64,000 nucleotides of DNA from Felis catus (GCF_018350175.1 NC_058368.1:73100001-73164000); one strand, 5' to 3'; positions 37,576 to 51,094 are shown, counted from the stretch's first letter. Program-made: numbers and translations. Notes: generated by a model from the letters alone, not told the origin.

Positions 37576-40500
37576 AAAAATAAATACTTGAAAAAAGAGC
37601 CCAGTACCCTAAAGAAAATGCATATGTGAAGCAGAAGTGAAACAACCATTATTCTGAGATGCCATTGTATGCTAATATTTTTTAAATGTGTCTTAAATCT
37701 GAGGTAACATTTTTAATTATCACAGATTTTATTCACTTGTGTCTGTGTGTGCGTGCGTGCGTGTGTGTGTGTATGTGGCATTAATGAGAGTCCAAAAATG
37801 CAAAACAGTGAGGATCCCTTCTGCCACATTTGTAAAGCTAAGGGAAAATTCCATTTTCCCAGAATTTAAGGCTGCAATCCACGACTTCTCCAAAAGAGCT
37901 TTACCAACATTTTTTTTTATAAATTCAACTGCTGTGCATCATGTCCTCAAATACATCATCCACAGATGATGACTAACTCACAGCAGACCTGTCTCTTCTC
38001 GAGCACTGGTAGAAATGTTGCCATCCTACTTGACAGTTCTAAGTATTTCAGTCATTAATAATAATTTTTACATATAAGCTCCTTACCTTTTATAAAGAAA
38101 CCCCCCCAAAGCCTCCCAAGTTAGACAGTTTTACTTTGCATATATATTTTAAGCATTAGTGAAGAGACGTTATAAGTGGTATTTCTCAAGAAACAACTCA
38201 GTTATAACCAAATCAGAAATGAGGCCAGAAGACCCACTTTGAAATCTCTGACCTGACTGTCCCATAATGCTTCTAGCTAAATAGTGAGACAACTTAAAGC
38301 AGATTACAACACAAAGGTCTTATGAAGATATTTCTATTTATGGTATTTCTAGAAACATTACCAGTTCTATGTGTCAAGCTATGTAAAATTTAGGAACTAG
38401 ATTATCATACTGCACTAAGTAAGTCTTGGGATATCCAACATGCCACCCACGGGCCATATGAAGCTTTCAAATTTGAGAAGCCATATATATATCAGATTCA
38501 TTCCAAAAAGTTAAACTTCCCTTCTACCTTAACCCAACATGGCTCTCGCATATGTGAAATGTTTATTGTTTGAAAACACATCAAGGTCCATGATTTATAG
38601 CTAGAAAATCAATTTGCATCTGTGAGAATATGAGGCATAGATTCGTAAACAAGGTAGGTGGGTCTTTATTCCAAATGAAGGGAAACTAAGCCTTAGAAAC
38701 TGTCTAGTTCAGGGTCAACTTGTTAATATATCAATGATTAGCATTTAATCATGCAATGATTCTCAAAGTTTAAAAAATGAAAGATCCCACACTCTCCTGA
38801 TCCAGGACCAACTTTTTGATGTGTGATTCTAAAAAGTTGCCAGGCTCAGGGTCAATTTGTTAATATTTGAGTATTACACAGGAGCTGAAGTTTACATCAT
38901 TGGCCTTAAACTGAGGCCCTTGCTATACAGTTTCCTTTGAACTCAATGAGAATCAGAAAGATGGAAGTTACACAAGAAAAAGCCTCAGTACAGTAGGAAC
39001 ACAAAGGCACTGCCAGAGATATTCAGCATGATTCCTGTTGATGATTTCCTGTGTTCTAATGATGGGAGATGTAAACAGTTACCAACCAGTTACCAAAAAT
39101 ACTGAACCCAGTCACAAAGGACACAAAGAGTCTGGGAGTGAATAAACAATGCTCCCTCCAAACCTGCTGTTGTCCATTCAGTGCCAACATTTGGTCCCTG
39201 ACAAAAAAAATGTCCTTTCTGAGACACAATTTGGCCATTTGTTATGTTAATCTCCAGTGTGTGAAGGGCTCTTCCTATCAGAGAAATCACCCAACAACCA
39301 CCACAGGATGTTTCTTATTTTGATGACTGAAAGGTACACGCTGGGTCTGGAGGAGGGAGCCATTGATTTATTTTCACCACTTTTCCCTGGCTGACAGCAA
39401 TTTAAAAGAGAAGGAACAAGCCAGATCACTCATCTGCCTGCTTGGCATGCCTGGTAGTCATGGGAGCCCACATCGAGGCCATCTGTTCAGGTCCCAGCCT
39501 CTCCAAACACACACAGAAAGATGATGTCGAAAGGGGTGTGCTCCAGCCCTGCTAATGAGCCACCTGAGGTAAACCAGAAGACCCAGCCTGCACAGTGCAC
39601 CCACTCAGCTTCTCCCTCAGCAGTCCAGTCCAATCAAGTCACAGATTTGAACTGGCACAATTATCTTTAAGTTGATTTGCCTGAACAAGTGTTAAGTTGA
39701 TTCAAACATTTCTGACTTAGTCCTATCTCCTAGATACATACATAGGCAGGTAGATCTGGCGAATCAATTGAAATTCACCTTGCACACAACCTACAAAATG
39801 AAACCAGCCTCAGAAGACGTCATGTTCGGCGCTTGCCTGATGGTGTATTAGTGCACTTTCAAACTCAGCTCTCAGATGCCCCTAAATCACTGCAGCCAGA
39901 AAGGCTGTCTGCAACAAAGCACGCAGAAGATGGCCACTCTTTGGAAATAGCAACGTCACGTAGCTCTACTCAGTGAAATAAAACCAAACAGGATGTTCTC
40001 TCTCGCCTCTAACATCACCCTGTTGCATGAAGATTCATGATTTGTTACGAAGAACTGCCAATCACTACAGATTAAGTTGGGATGAAAGAATGCATTTGTA
40101 TAAGATTTTTGTGATCAGAATTCTAACTTCATATGTCATGCACAGTATTTGTAAACTCTACTGGAAATAATTTATCTTTCAAACATATTTTGAAGTTTGC
40201 TTTTTTGTACCCTAAAATTTGTCTTGCTTTTTAAATTATCTTTGGGTTGATCATGGGAAGAATGTCCTAGATTTTTCACAATAGCCCACTATGACAACAA
40301 GCACACTTCTGGGATCTGGGGCCATTTTGGGAATCGTGTTGGTGGCACCCCTCCATCCCCAAGAAAGCACCATTTTTCACCCACACTGACACCTGGAGCC
40401 ACCAGGCAGCACCCTGTCTAGCTAGAAACCACAGTGTTACAGCCATCATCACATCCCCCCACCCCCGCCACCTACTTTCCCATCTATGCCCATCATGATC

Positions 40501-40798
40501 CCATTCCTTCAGGGGTCTTCCTATATATAACTCACTACAGAAAAAAGCATTCATCATGACATGTGAATAGTGTACATCTCTCAGTGTATATATCTGTGTT
40601 TCCAGTTAGGTTGCCTCTTTACATAGCCCTATCTCTGAAAATACAGGAGACACAGAGAACAACTCCATCATAAATACACTAAAGCACCATAATGCTAACC
40701 TTCATTTCATTATCTTGTGATAATTTCCATACAGACTTTTTTGTTTAATCCTCCCTGCTGAAACTCCAATTGGTCGGATTTTGAACCTCATGGATTTT

Positions 40799-40879
40799 GT
40801 TCTTTTTTGTTTTGTTTTGGAGAGAAGGAGGGAGAGAGGGAGGGAGGGAGGAAAGGAGGGAGGGAGGGAGGGAGGGAGA

Positions 40880-40920
<41 letters not shown>

Positions 40921-41058
40921 TGCAGGAGAGACAGAATCCCACACAGCCTCCATGCTCAGTGTGAAGCCCAACATGGGGCTTGATCCCACAACCCTGGGAT
41001 CATGACCTGAGCTAAAATCAACAGTCAGATACTCAACCAACTGAGCCAACCAGACACC
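40799..41058 (-). mobile_element. Can-SINE with expanded (GGGA)n(GA)n tract
   Basis: Antisense body with perfect 18-bp TSD ttgaacctcatggatttt. Confidence 0.96.
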
Positions 41059-41559
41059 TTGAACCTCATGGATTTTCTAAATTACTTCTAGTTGAGGTAT
41101 CTACATATCTATACACCGATCTATTCCATATATAACCATAAGACTTCTCAGTAAGAACAATCTTTTTTTAAGGTCAAATAGTTTCAGTAGACATACCCCA
41201 AACCTTATTCCCAAAAAGAAATGAGATGCAGCCAAAAATCTTCATAGAAGAGGAAAGCGAAACCCAAATACTACTAAAGGAGGGCACCTATGGGCTCCAG
41301 TTTCCCCTGCAGAGCCTAGAAAAAGCTCAGCAGTTGGAAGCACCAGATAGAATGTAAGGAAATTGTATACTGGAGTAAGAAGGTTGAAAACAGGGGGTTA
41401 TTTTGAAAGTCTCTATAAGGAATATTTATTCTTCTGCATCCCAACCTCCAAACCAACCTATTCAATGATTACCCATCCCTCATTCCCACAGGAGTGTTGA
41501 GAAACATTCTATGGAAAAATGTAGTCTGAGAATCTCAAGACTCCAGGACATCGGGGACC

Positions 41560-42800
41560 ACAGAAGGTGGGAGTGAGAAAACACTGAGACATCCATGCCT
41601 TCCTCCTGCCAGCTCTGTGACGTCAACAGCCAGGTTTATGCTTCCTTGAAGGGAGACTGGGGGATCCTGCTCTAAAGAAATGAGGAAAAGATGTGCACGT
41701 AGTGACTTGGTTCCCAGCCAAGAATAACGTGGCTGGTCACAGAAAAGCTGGGCAATCAACAAACCCACTTTTCCCACAAAGCTTCTCATCAGTGTTGAAG
41801 CATGAACATGAGGGGACAATCAAGAATTACCAAGCATTTGAGAAGTCTCCAACTGAGAAAGAATAAAATTGAGGGTTAAAAAAAGGTAACAAAAATGAAC
41901 ATTTCAAACAATCGATCATTGATATCATTGTAGATATAAGACATTATTGATCCATGAATTAAGAACAAAGTGTCAGAAAAGAAAAATCATAAAAGAATAA
42001 AACAGAGTTCTTTACAATCAAAAATATGAAAGTAAATTTTTTTAATCAAATAAGGGAATAAGAAGATGAAAAACAAGGAAATTTGTCCCAAAAAGACAAA
42101 GAAAGGGCTTATAAACAAACAAAAAAAGAGATGGGTAATTTAGAAAATCCATGGTCCAAAACCTGACTAATAGGGGGGGTGCCTGGGTGGCTCAGTCAGT
42201 TAAGCGACAGACTTTCTTTCCACTCAGGTCATGATCTCACGGTTTGTGGGGTAGAGCCCGTGTCAGGCTCTGCACTGACAGCACAGAGCCTGCTTGAGAT
42301 TCTTTCTCTCCCTTTCTCTCCCTGCCCTTCCCCAGTGCTCTCCCTCTCCCTCTCTTTTTCACAAAATAAATAAGTAAACTTAAAAACACTGACTAACAGG
42401 AGTTTTAGTAAAAAAAGACCAAAGAGCAGTCTATCTGGAAATTATCAAAGAAATACTATTTTAAAAAACAGTTCTCAGAACTGTAAGATGTGAGTCTCCA
42501 AATTGAAAAGTCCTTGAAAATGTGTCGAAAAACCAATGAAGATCCACACCATATACTTAAAAATTCCAGGAGGTAGAACAAGAAAGAAGTCCCCATACAA
42601 AGTATTAGGAAAACGGACATCACATTCTCAACATTAACTTTGGGAGCTAGAAGATAATGGAGTGATGCCTTCAAATTTCTAATGAAAAATAATTTTCATC
42701 CTAAAAGTCTGGACCTGGTAATTCATGATGGCAAAATTATCAGCCCAGCATAAGGGTAGAATAAAGACACGCACGGCCACACATTTTTCATTTCTCAAGG
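41560..42800 (+). mobile_element. Ancient L1M/HAL1-type ORF1 region remnant
   Basis: A-rich decayed ORF1-like sequence (gagctagaagataatggagtgatgccttcaaatttctaatgaaaaataattttcatccta). Limits approximate. Confidence 0.55.
42176..42382 (+). mobile_element. Can-SINE nested in old L1/HAL1
   Basis: Full body flanked by ctgactaa(t/c)agg. Confidence 0.95.
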
Positions 42801-43461
42801 AGTCACCATTGTAAGGGGTGGCATGAGATCCCAGAGATAGAGGGTCCCTATCATAACATAAAAAAAGGTTAAGGAAGCTTCCGGCATGATAACATGGACT
42901 ACATAACTCATAGTAAAAAAGAATAAAAAAAAAGAACACACCACGTGAAGGGTGTTGAGTGTCTAGCACGAGCCGTGTTCCATTTTTACTAGTTTGGTAG
43001 AAGGCAACCTCAACTTTGAGGTAAAAGGCTCACTGAACAAGGAGGTTGTCTACTTAGATTTGGATAAAAGCTTAATAGAATTTCACAGGCACGTTGACCA
43101 GTTTACTTTAAGAAAACATGTGACAGAACAAGAGTGAGCATCTTTAGATCCTGGTAATCACGCAAAAATTCAACCAAATACAGTTTGTTTGCAATTCTAC
43201 CCACAGAGGCATGGCTCTGAATTGCTTTCGGATTTTTACTGTTTTTATATTCAAATTGCCCCCAGCCCAACCTTTTGTTGTTATTGTTGTCATTTTGACA
43301 AATCCCTTGAGGGAGTCATGTAATTTGGAATTAAAAGCAATTGTACTTCATATGAAAAAAAAGTTTTGAGAGAAACCAAAGAGGAAAGCATCATGGTAAT
43401 AGTTTTAACCTTGCTTCTGCTTCTAGTTACATGTAGGATTATTAGCAAGCCTGGCCTCAGT

Positions 43462-43465
<4 letters not shown>

Positions 43466-43501
<36 letters not shown>
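43466..43501. repeat. (AC)n microsatellite
   Basis: Read directly. Confidence 0.99.
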
Positions 43502-43503
<2 letters not shown>

Positions 43504-43989
43504 CAAAGATGAATGTTAATGAGTTCTAAAAGGTCGACAAAATATGCAAGCCTTTTACCCTGAATTTTTGGTATGCTTCCCACAATATCTTTCAGAGATG
43601 CTCTGTTACCTAGTCAGTCCTTTTGTCTATCCATCATGTTTCCTGATTCTGAAACAGTAACTCACAATGAGGATGGTCTTCTTTATACGGTAAGGAATAT
43701 AGTGATGTGTCCAACAAACAAACCTTAAAATCAATATATGGATCAAAAAGGCAGTCATAAAGGTGCAAAGGGCCTCTTATTGTAATAGCTAAATCTCCTG
43801 TGGGAAGAAAAGGTAGTCAAGTAAATTAGCATGATGAATGTCCTATTGTGGGCATTCAGAGTCCTTAATAAAATGACAATCAGACTTAGTCAAAAGAGTT
43901 AGAGTCCCTCATATGTCTGTAATAGTTTAGTCATTTGAGTATTTATTAATTACCTACTGTGTGCCCAGCCCTGAATTAGATGCTAAGTA

Positions 43990-44176
43990 TTTTTTTAATG
44001 TTTATTTATTTTGAGGGAGAGCACCAGAGGGGGAAGGGCAGAGAGAGAATCCCAGGCAGGCCCCACACTGTCGGCACACAGCCCAGCTCGGGGATTCATC
44101 TCACAAACCTTGAGATGGTGACCTGGGCCAAAATCAAGAGTCTGACACTTAACCGACTGAGCCACCCAGGCGCCCC
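43990..44176 (-). mobile_element. Can-SINE (within an antisense L2 remnant)
   Basis: Antisense body with TSD tagatgct(a/g)ag. Confidence 0.95.
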
Positions 44177-44831
44177 ATAGATGCTGAGATTTTTTTTAAG
44201 GTAAAACATGTGCTACCAAGTTGCCTCCTGTAATTGTAGTAAGAAAATTAAACAAGCATCAAGGGAAACAGGAGTAAAGTAGAATAACCTTCATGGAGGA
44301 GGTGCTGTGGGGGCTGAATGTAAGAGGCAAAATTAAGAAAAGTGAAGGGGAAGAGAAGGGTTCCTCAAGCCTGGAGAGAAAGAAGACTTTTGTCTGTGAC
44401 AATTGTCAAATCCAAATCATCATAATTAGAGAAACCACTTCTCCGTTATATCCCTACAATAAGCAAATATTAGAATCCCCCTTGCCAGGGAGTATTCTTT
44501 TTCCCTTTGAAAGAGCTCAGATATTCATCCTCAATGAGTTTCAGCCAAACTTAGCAGAATTAACAGGTCACTGGGAGGGATGGTGGCAGGCGTGTACCAC
44601 ACTTTTAAGGAGCTGAGTACTGAACAAGGAGAAATGGTATGTCAGGGGGTCTGGCCTGTCAGGGGGTCTGGGGTGCCCTGAAGGGGCCAATATTAGGACA
44701 GCTAGAGAGGTACTTGAAGGGTTGGGTCGCACAGAAGTAGGATGGAAAGTAACCCCTCCCCAAAAAAAGTAGATAGCTTTACAGAGAATTTTTTTATATG
44801 AGACTAGAGAAGAACAAAGAAGAGAATTCTT

Positions 44832-45031
44832 GGGGTGCCTGGGTGGCTCAGTCGGTTAAGCGTCCAACTTCAGTCAGGTCATGATCTCGTAGTTTGTCCG
44901 TGTCAGGCTCTGTGCTGACAGCTCAGAGCCTGGAGCCTGCTACAGATTCTGTGTCTGCCCCTCCTCTGCTCACACTCTGTGTCTCTCTGTCTCTCAATAA
45001 TAAATAAATATTTTTAAAAAAAATTTTAAAT
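44832..45031 (+). mobile_element. Can-SINE lacking the B-box segment
   Basis: Body reads tttgtccgtgtcagg where other copies have gagttcgagccc. Degenerate TSD aaagaagagaattctt / aaagaggataattctt. Confidence 0.95.
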
Positions 45032-45246
45032 AAAGAGGATAATTCTTTTATTGGTGCAAATAAAAAAAAGTGTCCCATTATTAGGAGACAAATTTATTTT
45101 AGAAACCCTGTGCCACTCAAAATGACAAAAAGTAGATAGATACAAAATATCCATCCATCAGCTATCCAATCCACCCCTTCCTCATTTAGCAAACAAAGTG
45201 CAGACTGGGTGTTTAGTTTAGCACTATCGTTAAAAGGATACAAAAA

Positions 45247-45429
45247 GGGGGTGCCTGGGTGGTTCAGTCAATTAAGCCTCACGCTTCAGCTCAGGTCATG
45301 ATCTCGCAGTTTGTAGGTTCCAGCCCCATGTGGGGCTCTGTGCTGACAGCTCAGAGCCTGGAGCCTGCTTGGGATTCTGTGTCTCCCTTGCTCTCTGACC
45401 TTCCCCCACTCATACTCTGTGTCTCTCAA
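45247..45429 (+). mobile_element. Can-SINE
   Basis: Full body; the tail position is occupied by a tetranucleotide repeat. Confidence 0.96.
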
Positions 45430-45438
45430 GGATGGATG

Positions 45439-45477
<39 letters not shown>
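45430..45477. repeat. (GGAT)3(AGAT)9 tetranucleotide repeat
   Basis: Read directly. Confidence 0.98.
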
Positions 45478-45479
<2 letters not shown>

Positions 45480-46134
45480 AACAAAAATGTATAGTTCCTT
45501 CCCTTGAAGTGTTCTGGATGTATAATTAAAGGCTGTTCTTTTCCCCTCCCCCAACCCTATCCATTGTCCACTCATAGCAAGAAGGCTGACAAAGCTGCTA
45601 TTTGAAATACTTTCATGATTGAAAGGACTACCTTCCTGCAAGGTTTTCCAAGGCTGGGCATTTTTCAAGAACGTTTTATGTCCTTCCAGCTATGAATAAA
45701 AGGCAGGAAGCTGACACAAAGCTACTGTATTACTTTTTTTTTTTTTACTTGAAATTGCAAAATGATTAAAGCCACCTAGCAACAATAGTTGACCTATTGA
45801 AGAAGAATGCCAGCTAGGTGCCAGGCAGAGATTGGTGTGGAGATATATTTGGAAAGGACTCCCAGGACTATTTGCATCTGTCTCTGAGGTTGTTTTCCCT
45901 CCCCGGTCTGTTGTGAACCTATCTGTAGCTCCATGTTGCTACCCACGCTGACCCTGCTCAATATGGAGTCTCAAAAGCCATAGGGGGACACAACAGGCGC
46001 ACCTGCCAACAGAAGTAATTACAGATTTCACTCACTCACGAAAGTTTCTGGTAATTCATGTAGGAAAACAGCGTTTGGGACACTTTTAAGTCATCCCCTT
46101 AAAGTGTATAGACACTTTGATAAAGCTAGAACTT

Positions 46135-46381
46135 TTTTTAAGTTTATTTTTTTTTATATTTTATTTTTTACATATTTTATGTATTTAGAGAGAGAGAGCG
46201 CGCATGAGCACATGGGGGAGGAGCAGAGAGAAACAAGGAGAGAGACAGAATCTCAAGCAGACTCCATGCTGTCAGCACAGAGCCAACACAGGGCTTGAAC
46301 CCACAAATCATGAGATCATGACCTGAGCCTAAACTAAATCAAGAGTCGGATGCTTAACTGACTGAGCCACCGAGGTGCCCC
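46135..46381 (-). mobile_element. Can-SINE
   Basis: Antisense body with TSD aaagc(t/c)agaactt. Confidence 0.95.
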
Positions 46382-46708
46382 AAAGCCAGAACTTAATAAA
46401 GCAGTTTTGTGCTTCAATCTCTTAGTTGACTGAGGCCTAATTACTCATGTGGCACTGTTGTACAGGGGACAATAAAAAAATCAACGGAGAGCAAGCTGCA
46501 GTGTAACTCCCAGCTCCAAGCTGGAACCTCCTGAATAGTCCCTGCCCTGTGGTGCCAAGGGAAGATCTTCAAATACAAAAGGAAGGGGAGTCATTTGGAA
46601 ATGCTTTGCATGGGACTCAGTGTTTCTCTGGATTTGCCATGAAATCCTAGATAAGTGACTTAAGATTCTGGACTTCAGCTTTCTCAACTTTAAAAATAAA
46701 AGTGAGAT

Positions 46709-46923
46709 GGGGCACCTGCATGGCTCCGTCAGTTAAGCATCTTGACTTCAGCTCAGGTCATGATCTCGGTTTGTGAGTCTGAGCCCCGCATCAGGTTCTC
46801 TGCTGTCAGCCCAGAGTCCACTTTGGATCTTCTGTCCACCCCCCCCCCAAACCCCCCTCTGCTCCTCCCTAGCTCATTCTCTCTCAAAAATAAACATTAA
46901 AAAATAAAAATAATAATAATGAA
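46709..46923 (+). mobile_element. Can-SINE with poly-C in place of the CT tract
   Basis: Head ggggcacctgcatggctccgtcagttaag, A tail, degenerate TSD aaataaaag..agat. Confidence 0.94.
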
Positions 46924-47272
46924 TAAATAAAAGGAAGATAAGCAAAATTAACTCAACCCTTTAAGATTCTATTTATGCCCAGGGATGGTATCCATTCTTA
47001 AGCCTGTAGACAATAGCAATGACTGATTCTATAACTATACATGATACCTAACATGCTAATCTATGATTTTGTCATTGAAGTAACTCAGATACAACAATCA
47101 TCCCGTAATCAAGATTAGTGACAGCTCAAGGAACAAAATAACACTGAAGCACTGTAAATCGTTAGCTAAAAATGGTGATACCTTTCCTATCATATTTCAT
47201 CTCCCCCAAATCCTAAACCCATCCCAAAACACCAGTGGAAGGCAAAATGGGTGAATGGGCACATTTTGGAAG

Positions 47273-47691
47273 TGTGAAAATTAATAAGGGGAAACCTCAT
47301 TAAAATGGAGTCAGAGGCTAGAGCAGGGGGAGATCCCCCCCTCGTACCCCCACCACTCTTAGTCAATTGCAGACCCACGAGGAAGGAATGGATTTGATCT
47401 TACAGAAACTTGACCTTGCATGTGGATACTACTATACTATCCCAGTGGAAGGAAGAAATGCTTTCCTTATCCCCACCCCGCCATAGCTCAGCCAATGACA
47501 GGCCACTGTATTTCAAACTCCCAGTTTACTCCAATAGGCTTTTAATTTCTAACAGCCTTCCCAACTTTTGTTCTCCAGACTCACCTACCATTTGCCACAG
47601 CTTATTTGTTCTGGATTGCACTTCTCTTTTATTCCTGAATAAACCCATTTTTGCTGGTAAAATAACTAGCAGGTTTTTTTTAAGGTTAACA
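47273..47691 (+). mobile_element. ERV1-type solo LTR (carnivore)
   Basis: TG...CA termini (tgtgaaaattaataagg ... taaggttaaca), aaaatggagtc motif, CCAAT boxes, AATAAA near the 3' end, near-match 4-bp flanks gaag/gagg. Confidence 0.75.
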
Positions 47692-47989
47692 GAGGACACA
47701 TTCCATGGGGGAAAATAAGGTCAAAATTGAGAATTTTGCTGACCATCTTGGTTTTCTTAGCCTAAAGTATTTTCTTCTGAAAGAATGTAAGTATTTGAGT
47801 AAGAATTGAAATTAGAAACCAAAGCTACAGCTCTCCAGTGTTTTCAGCTACAACATTAAAACAAAATCAGTAAGTGTAATAAATAAAAGCTCAGGAAAAC
47901 ATCCCAAGCTGGAGGACATTTAAGTCACAATTGTTGGCAAAACTTCCATGAAGGATACTGTTTTTAAGAGTAGGTATGTTCAATTTGTC

Positions 47990-48490
47990 TCTCAGGTATC
48001 AGCGAATCCATTAATAAATCTATTCAACCAGGTGCCATGCAGAGATAATAAGTGCTTAGAGTCTAAGGAGGAAGGGTTATTGCACACACAAAAAGATTAG
48101 GAGTAGCTTGGAGGAACAGTGCTGTAGAGGTAGATTACGGTTGCAAAGGAGGCACTGGTCAATTCCCCTGGGGGCTGCACGGAGACCAGGCCTTCCAGGC
48201 TGCAGGGATGGTTGCATAATAATAATAAGTAGCCAATGGCTGAGGGGTTCTGGGCACTGGGAAGGGCTCCTTAGAGCTCAAGCATGGATTTTAAGGGCAG
48301 TTATTACAAGATCTTTTTAGGGAGGACATATTCTGCCAGGCTAAGATGTCTAGATTTCACTACTAATGGGCTTTAAATGATGAATCACATAATCAGATTT
48401 GCCTTTAGAAAGATAACTGTACCAGCTGTATGGTGAATGGACTGGAAGAGTGTGATATTAGAGACAGTCAAATGCAAAAGTGGTGGCTTT
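47990..48490 (-). mobile_element. L2 remnant
   Basis: Antisense L2 motifs (aatcagatttgcctttagaaagataactgtaccagctgtatggtgaatggactggaag). Confidence 0.55.
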
Positions 48491-50681
48491 CAAACCAAAT
48501 TTAAGTGACCCCTTTCTACACATTCTATGGGTCAAACCTTCGGCTAAACATAGCTCTCATATTCTCATATTGCCTCTTTTAGAAGCGTAGCAAAATCTAA
48601 ACATATTTGGTAGGTTAATATGTTTTTTAATATCCTGTTAGATTTCCTTAGCTGGAAAAAAGAAAAGCCACGCAAGACTGACATTAAGATACATTCTGTG
48701 AGCAGCTGTTTTGATCATTCTAACCCAATCTTTCTCTGACTATACTACTGAATACAACGTGGTTAAGCTTTTGCAGGGAAAAATTCAAATAACCATATTC
48801 TCTGCCTTGTGTTTTTCATACTCTGTCACAGAAAGAATATGGAGTGCTTTTTAAGCTGATTATATAATTCACAGCAAGATCTGTTCCATTCTTAGTTATC
48901 AGTAAAATTATTAAGTTAGCAGCTGCAATCCACATTTTTTTCTATTTCTACCAGAAAAGAAGGAATGAAATTCATCACTCATAAAATGATCTTCCATGAA
49001 TAAATTATCCTGTGGGTATAATATTTTTAAATTCCCTCATACCTACTAAAATCTAAATTAATCAAATCACTTGGATGTCAGAATGTTTTAAAAGATAGAT
49101 ATTGTCAAAATGCTACGATTTCTGGTAGATTCCTCCAACCTCTTAAGTTTTCTGAATTCAAACAGAACTGCTTCCTCAAAGAACCTTACTAAACCCATTA
49201 GCCATTGAAATTGTAACCCATGTTGCTTCTGGATAAAAAATACTCATGTTTGCCCACCTGCGCAAAGTGCTCATTAAATGTATATCAGCACAAACAGTGG
49301 CTATTGCTAAAGTAATCTTTGGAAAATTGTATTTTCAAAAATCAAACCAAATTTCTTTCTAAAGAGAATATGCTCTAAAAGTGTTTATTTGTCTGTTGAT
49401 TTAGACTGACCCTCACCTCCTGTTTGGTACAGACAACCTGTCAGTTTAGCCCACTTAAACAATATGGGAGCCCTCACTCTAGGTAACATTCTGGATGTAC
49501 AGAGAATTTATAGCAGGGGAGAGGCACAGAAAGAGAGAATTGGAACATCAAGTGCCTTGCGATGCCAAAGTGCTAGGACAACCATATATAAGCCCTATCT
49601 AGAGGTTCAAAGAGGGCTTCCTGGAAGAGTTTGATACAGGTAAGAATCTTCCAGGTAAAGAAAGGTGTGAAGGTCTCTTTACTTGGATGGACATACACAG
49701 ACATGTACTTGGATGGACATATACACACAGGCATGGAGCAGCATTGGCATGGGGAAAACCACTGGCAGCTTAGTGTTCCTGAACATGAGCTAAAGTACGG
49801 AGAGTAGTGGGAAAAGGAGGCTATGGAAGTAGGTGGGAACTGGATCCTGGATGTTCTAGAACCAGCTACTCGGGCCTGGCTCACTCTCCCAGAATAGAAG
49901 GTGAGGAACTTCTACTAAATTCCAGGTGAGGATCCTGCTAATATAACCTCTGGTTTATGGTCTTAATTCCACTAATAACACGCTCTGAACCTCTGGGGAA
50001 AAATCAGCCTATGCCTCTTTTCCCTTTTGAGAGGTGCCCTACGAACTCACTGAGGTCTATTAAAGAACTAAAAATGATCATGAGTGAGTGCTTTGGAGAG
50101 CATAACCACAATATTATTTAAAAGTCTTATGTTATTCTAATAATAATTATTATGCATAGAGTGAACCACCCCAGGTAAACATGAAATAGTAAACACATAC
50201 AATTTATAAGATGTGTGGGCAGCATTCATTATGTGCATCCAGTTCTATAATGACTTTATCTAACATGGCACTACCATGGCATGTCCTTTCCTACAGTTTT
50301 TGAGATACAGTGCTGTCCCCAGGGAAAAATAATGAAGCAAATAAAAACTCTCCCCATCCTCCAACCTATCTTTTTTCTCCTTTCTTTCCTTTCTCCTTCC
50401 AAAGCGTACCTTCCCTCAACCCCCCATCCCTTTCTAAACAAAAAGGCTGCAATGGATCTCTCATATTTTTATGTTGGTATGGATTTTTGCTATAGATTTT
50501 CCTTTTCCAGAGGAAATTCATGTTTTTAATCACAGAGCCATAACTTCTATATTATTAATAAAAATGTCAAAATTTCAAGGAGCCAGTATGAGGCCACTGG
50601 AAATTCATCAGACTAATCTAACTTTATCTACTTTTATGAAACTCTTACTAGACATGCTGAGAAAGCCGCAAAGATAATATA

Positions 50682-51009
50682 TAGCTGACCCTTGAACAAC
50701 ACGGGTTTGAACTGTGTAGGTCCACCTACATGCAGGTGTTTTTTTCAATAAATACAGAACAGTACTATACAATGTATTTTCTCTTATGATTTCCTTAGTT
50801 ACATTTTCCTTTCTCCAGCTCACTTTCTTATAAGAATATAATACCTATAACATACAAAATATGTGGTAATTGGCTGTTTCCCTTATCAGTAAGGCTTCCT
50901 TCCAGTAGGCTATTCGTAGTTAACTTTTGGGGAAGTCAAAAGCTATGCTCAGATTTTGCATGGGGCAGTGGTTGGTGCCCCTAACATCTGCACGTTCAAG
51001 GGTCAACTG
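50682..51009. mobile_element. Tigger2/MER28-like non-autonomous DNA transposon
   Basis: Terminal inverted repeats (t)agctgacccttgaac ... gttcaagggtcaactg, with TA to the left. Confidence 0.88.
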
Positions 51010-51094
51010 TTTTCTTATTCCATCAGGGCTTCTGGCAGGATTTCTCTTGCCCTTGCCTGGAACCAGAGAAAAGAGACTGATCAAGAATATACCA

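Noticed and set aside
41618..41625. Isolated CRE palindrome TGACGTCA
   Set aside because: A single 8-mer inside an old L1/HAL1-like remnant with no accompanying motifs or CpG enrichment.
44640..44671. 17-bp tandem duplication (tgtcagggggtctgg x2); a similar ~26-bp duplication lies at 49680-49737
   Set aside because: Two-copy slippage duplications are common and show no further structure.
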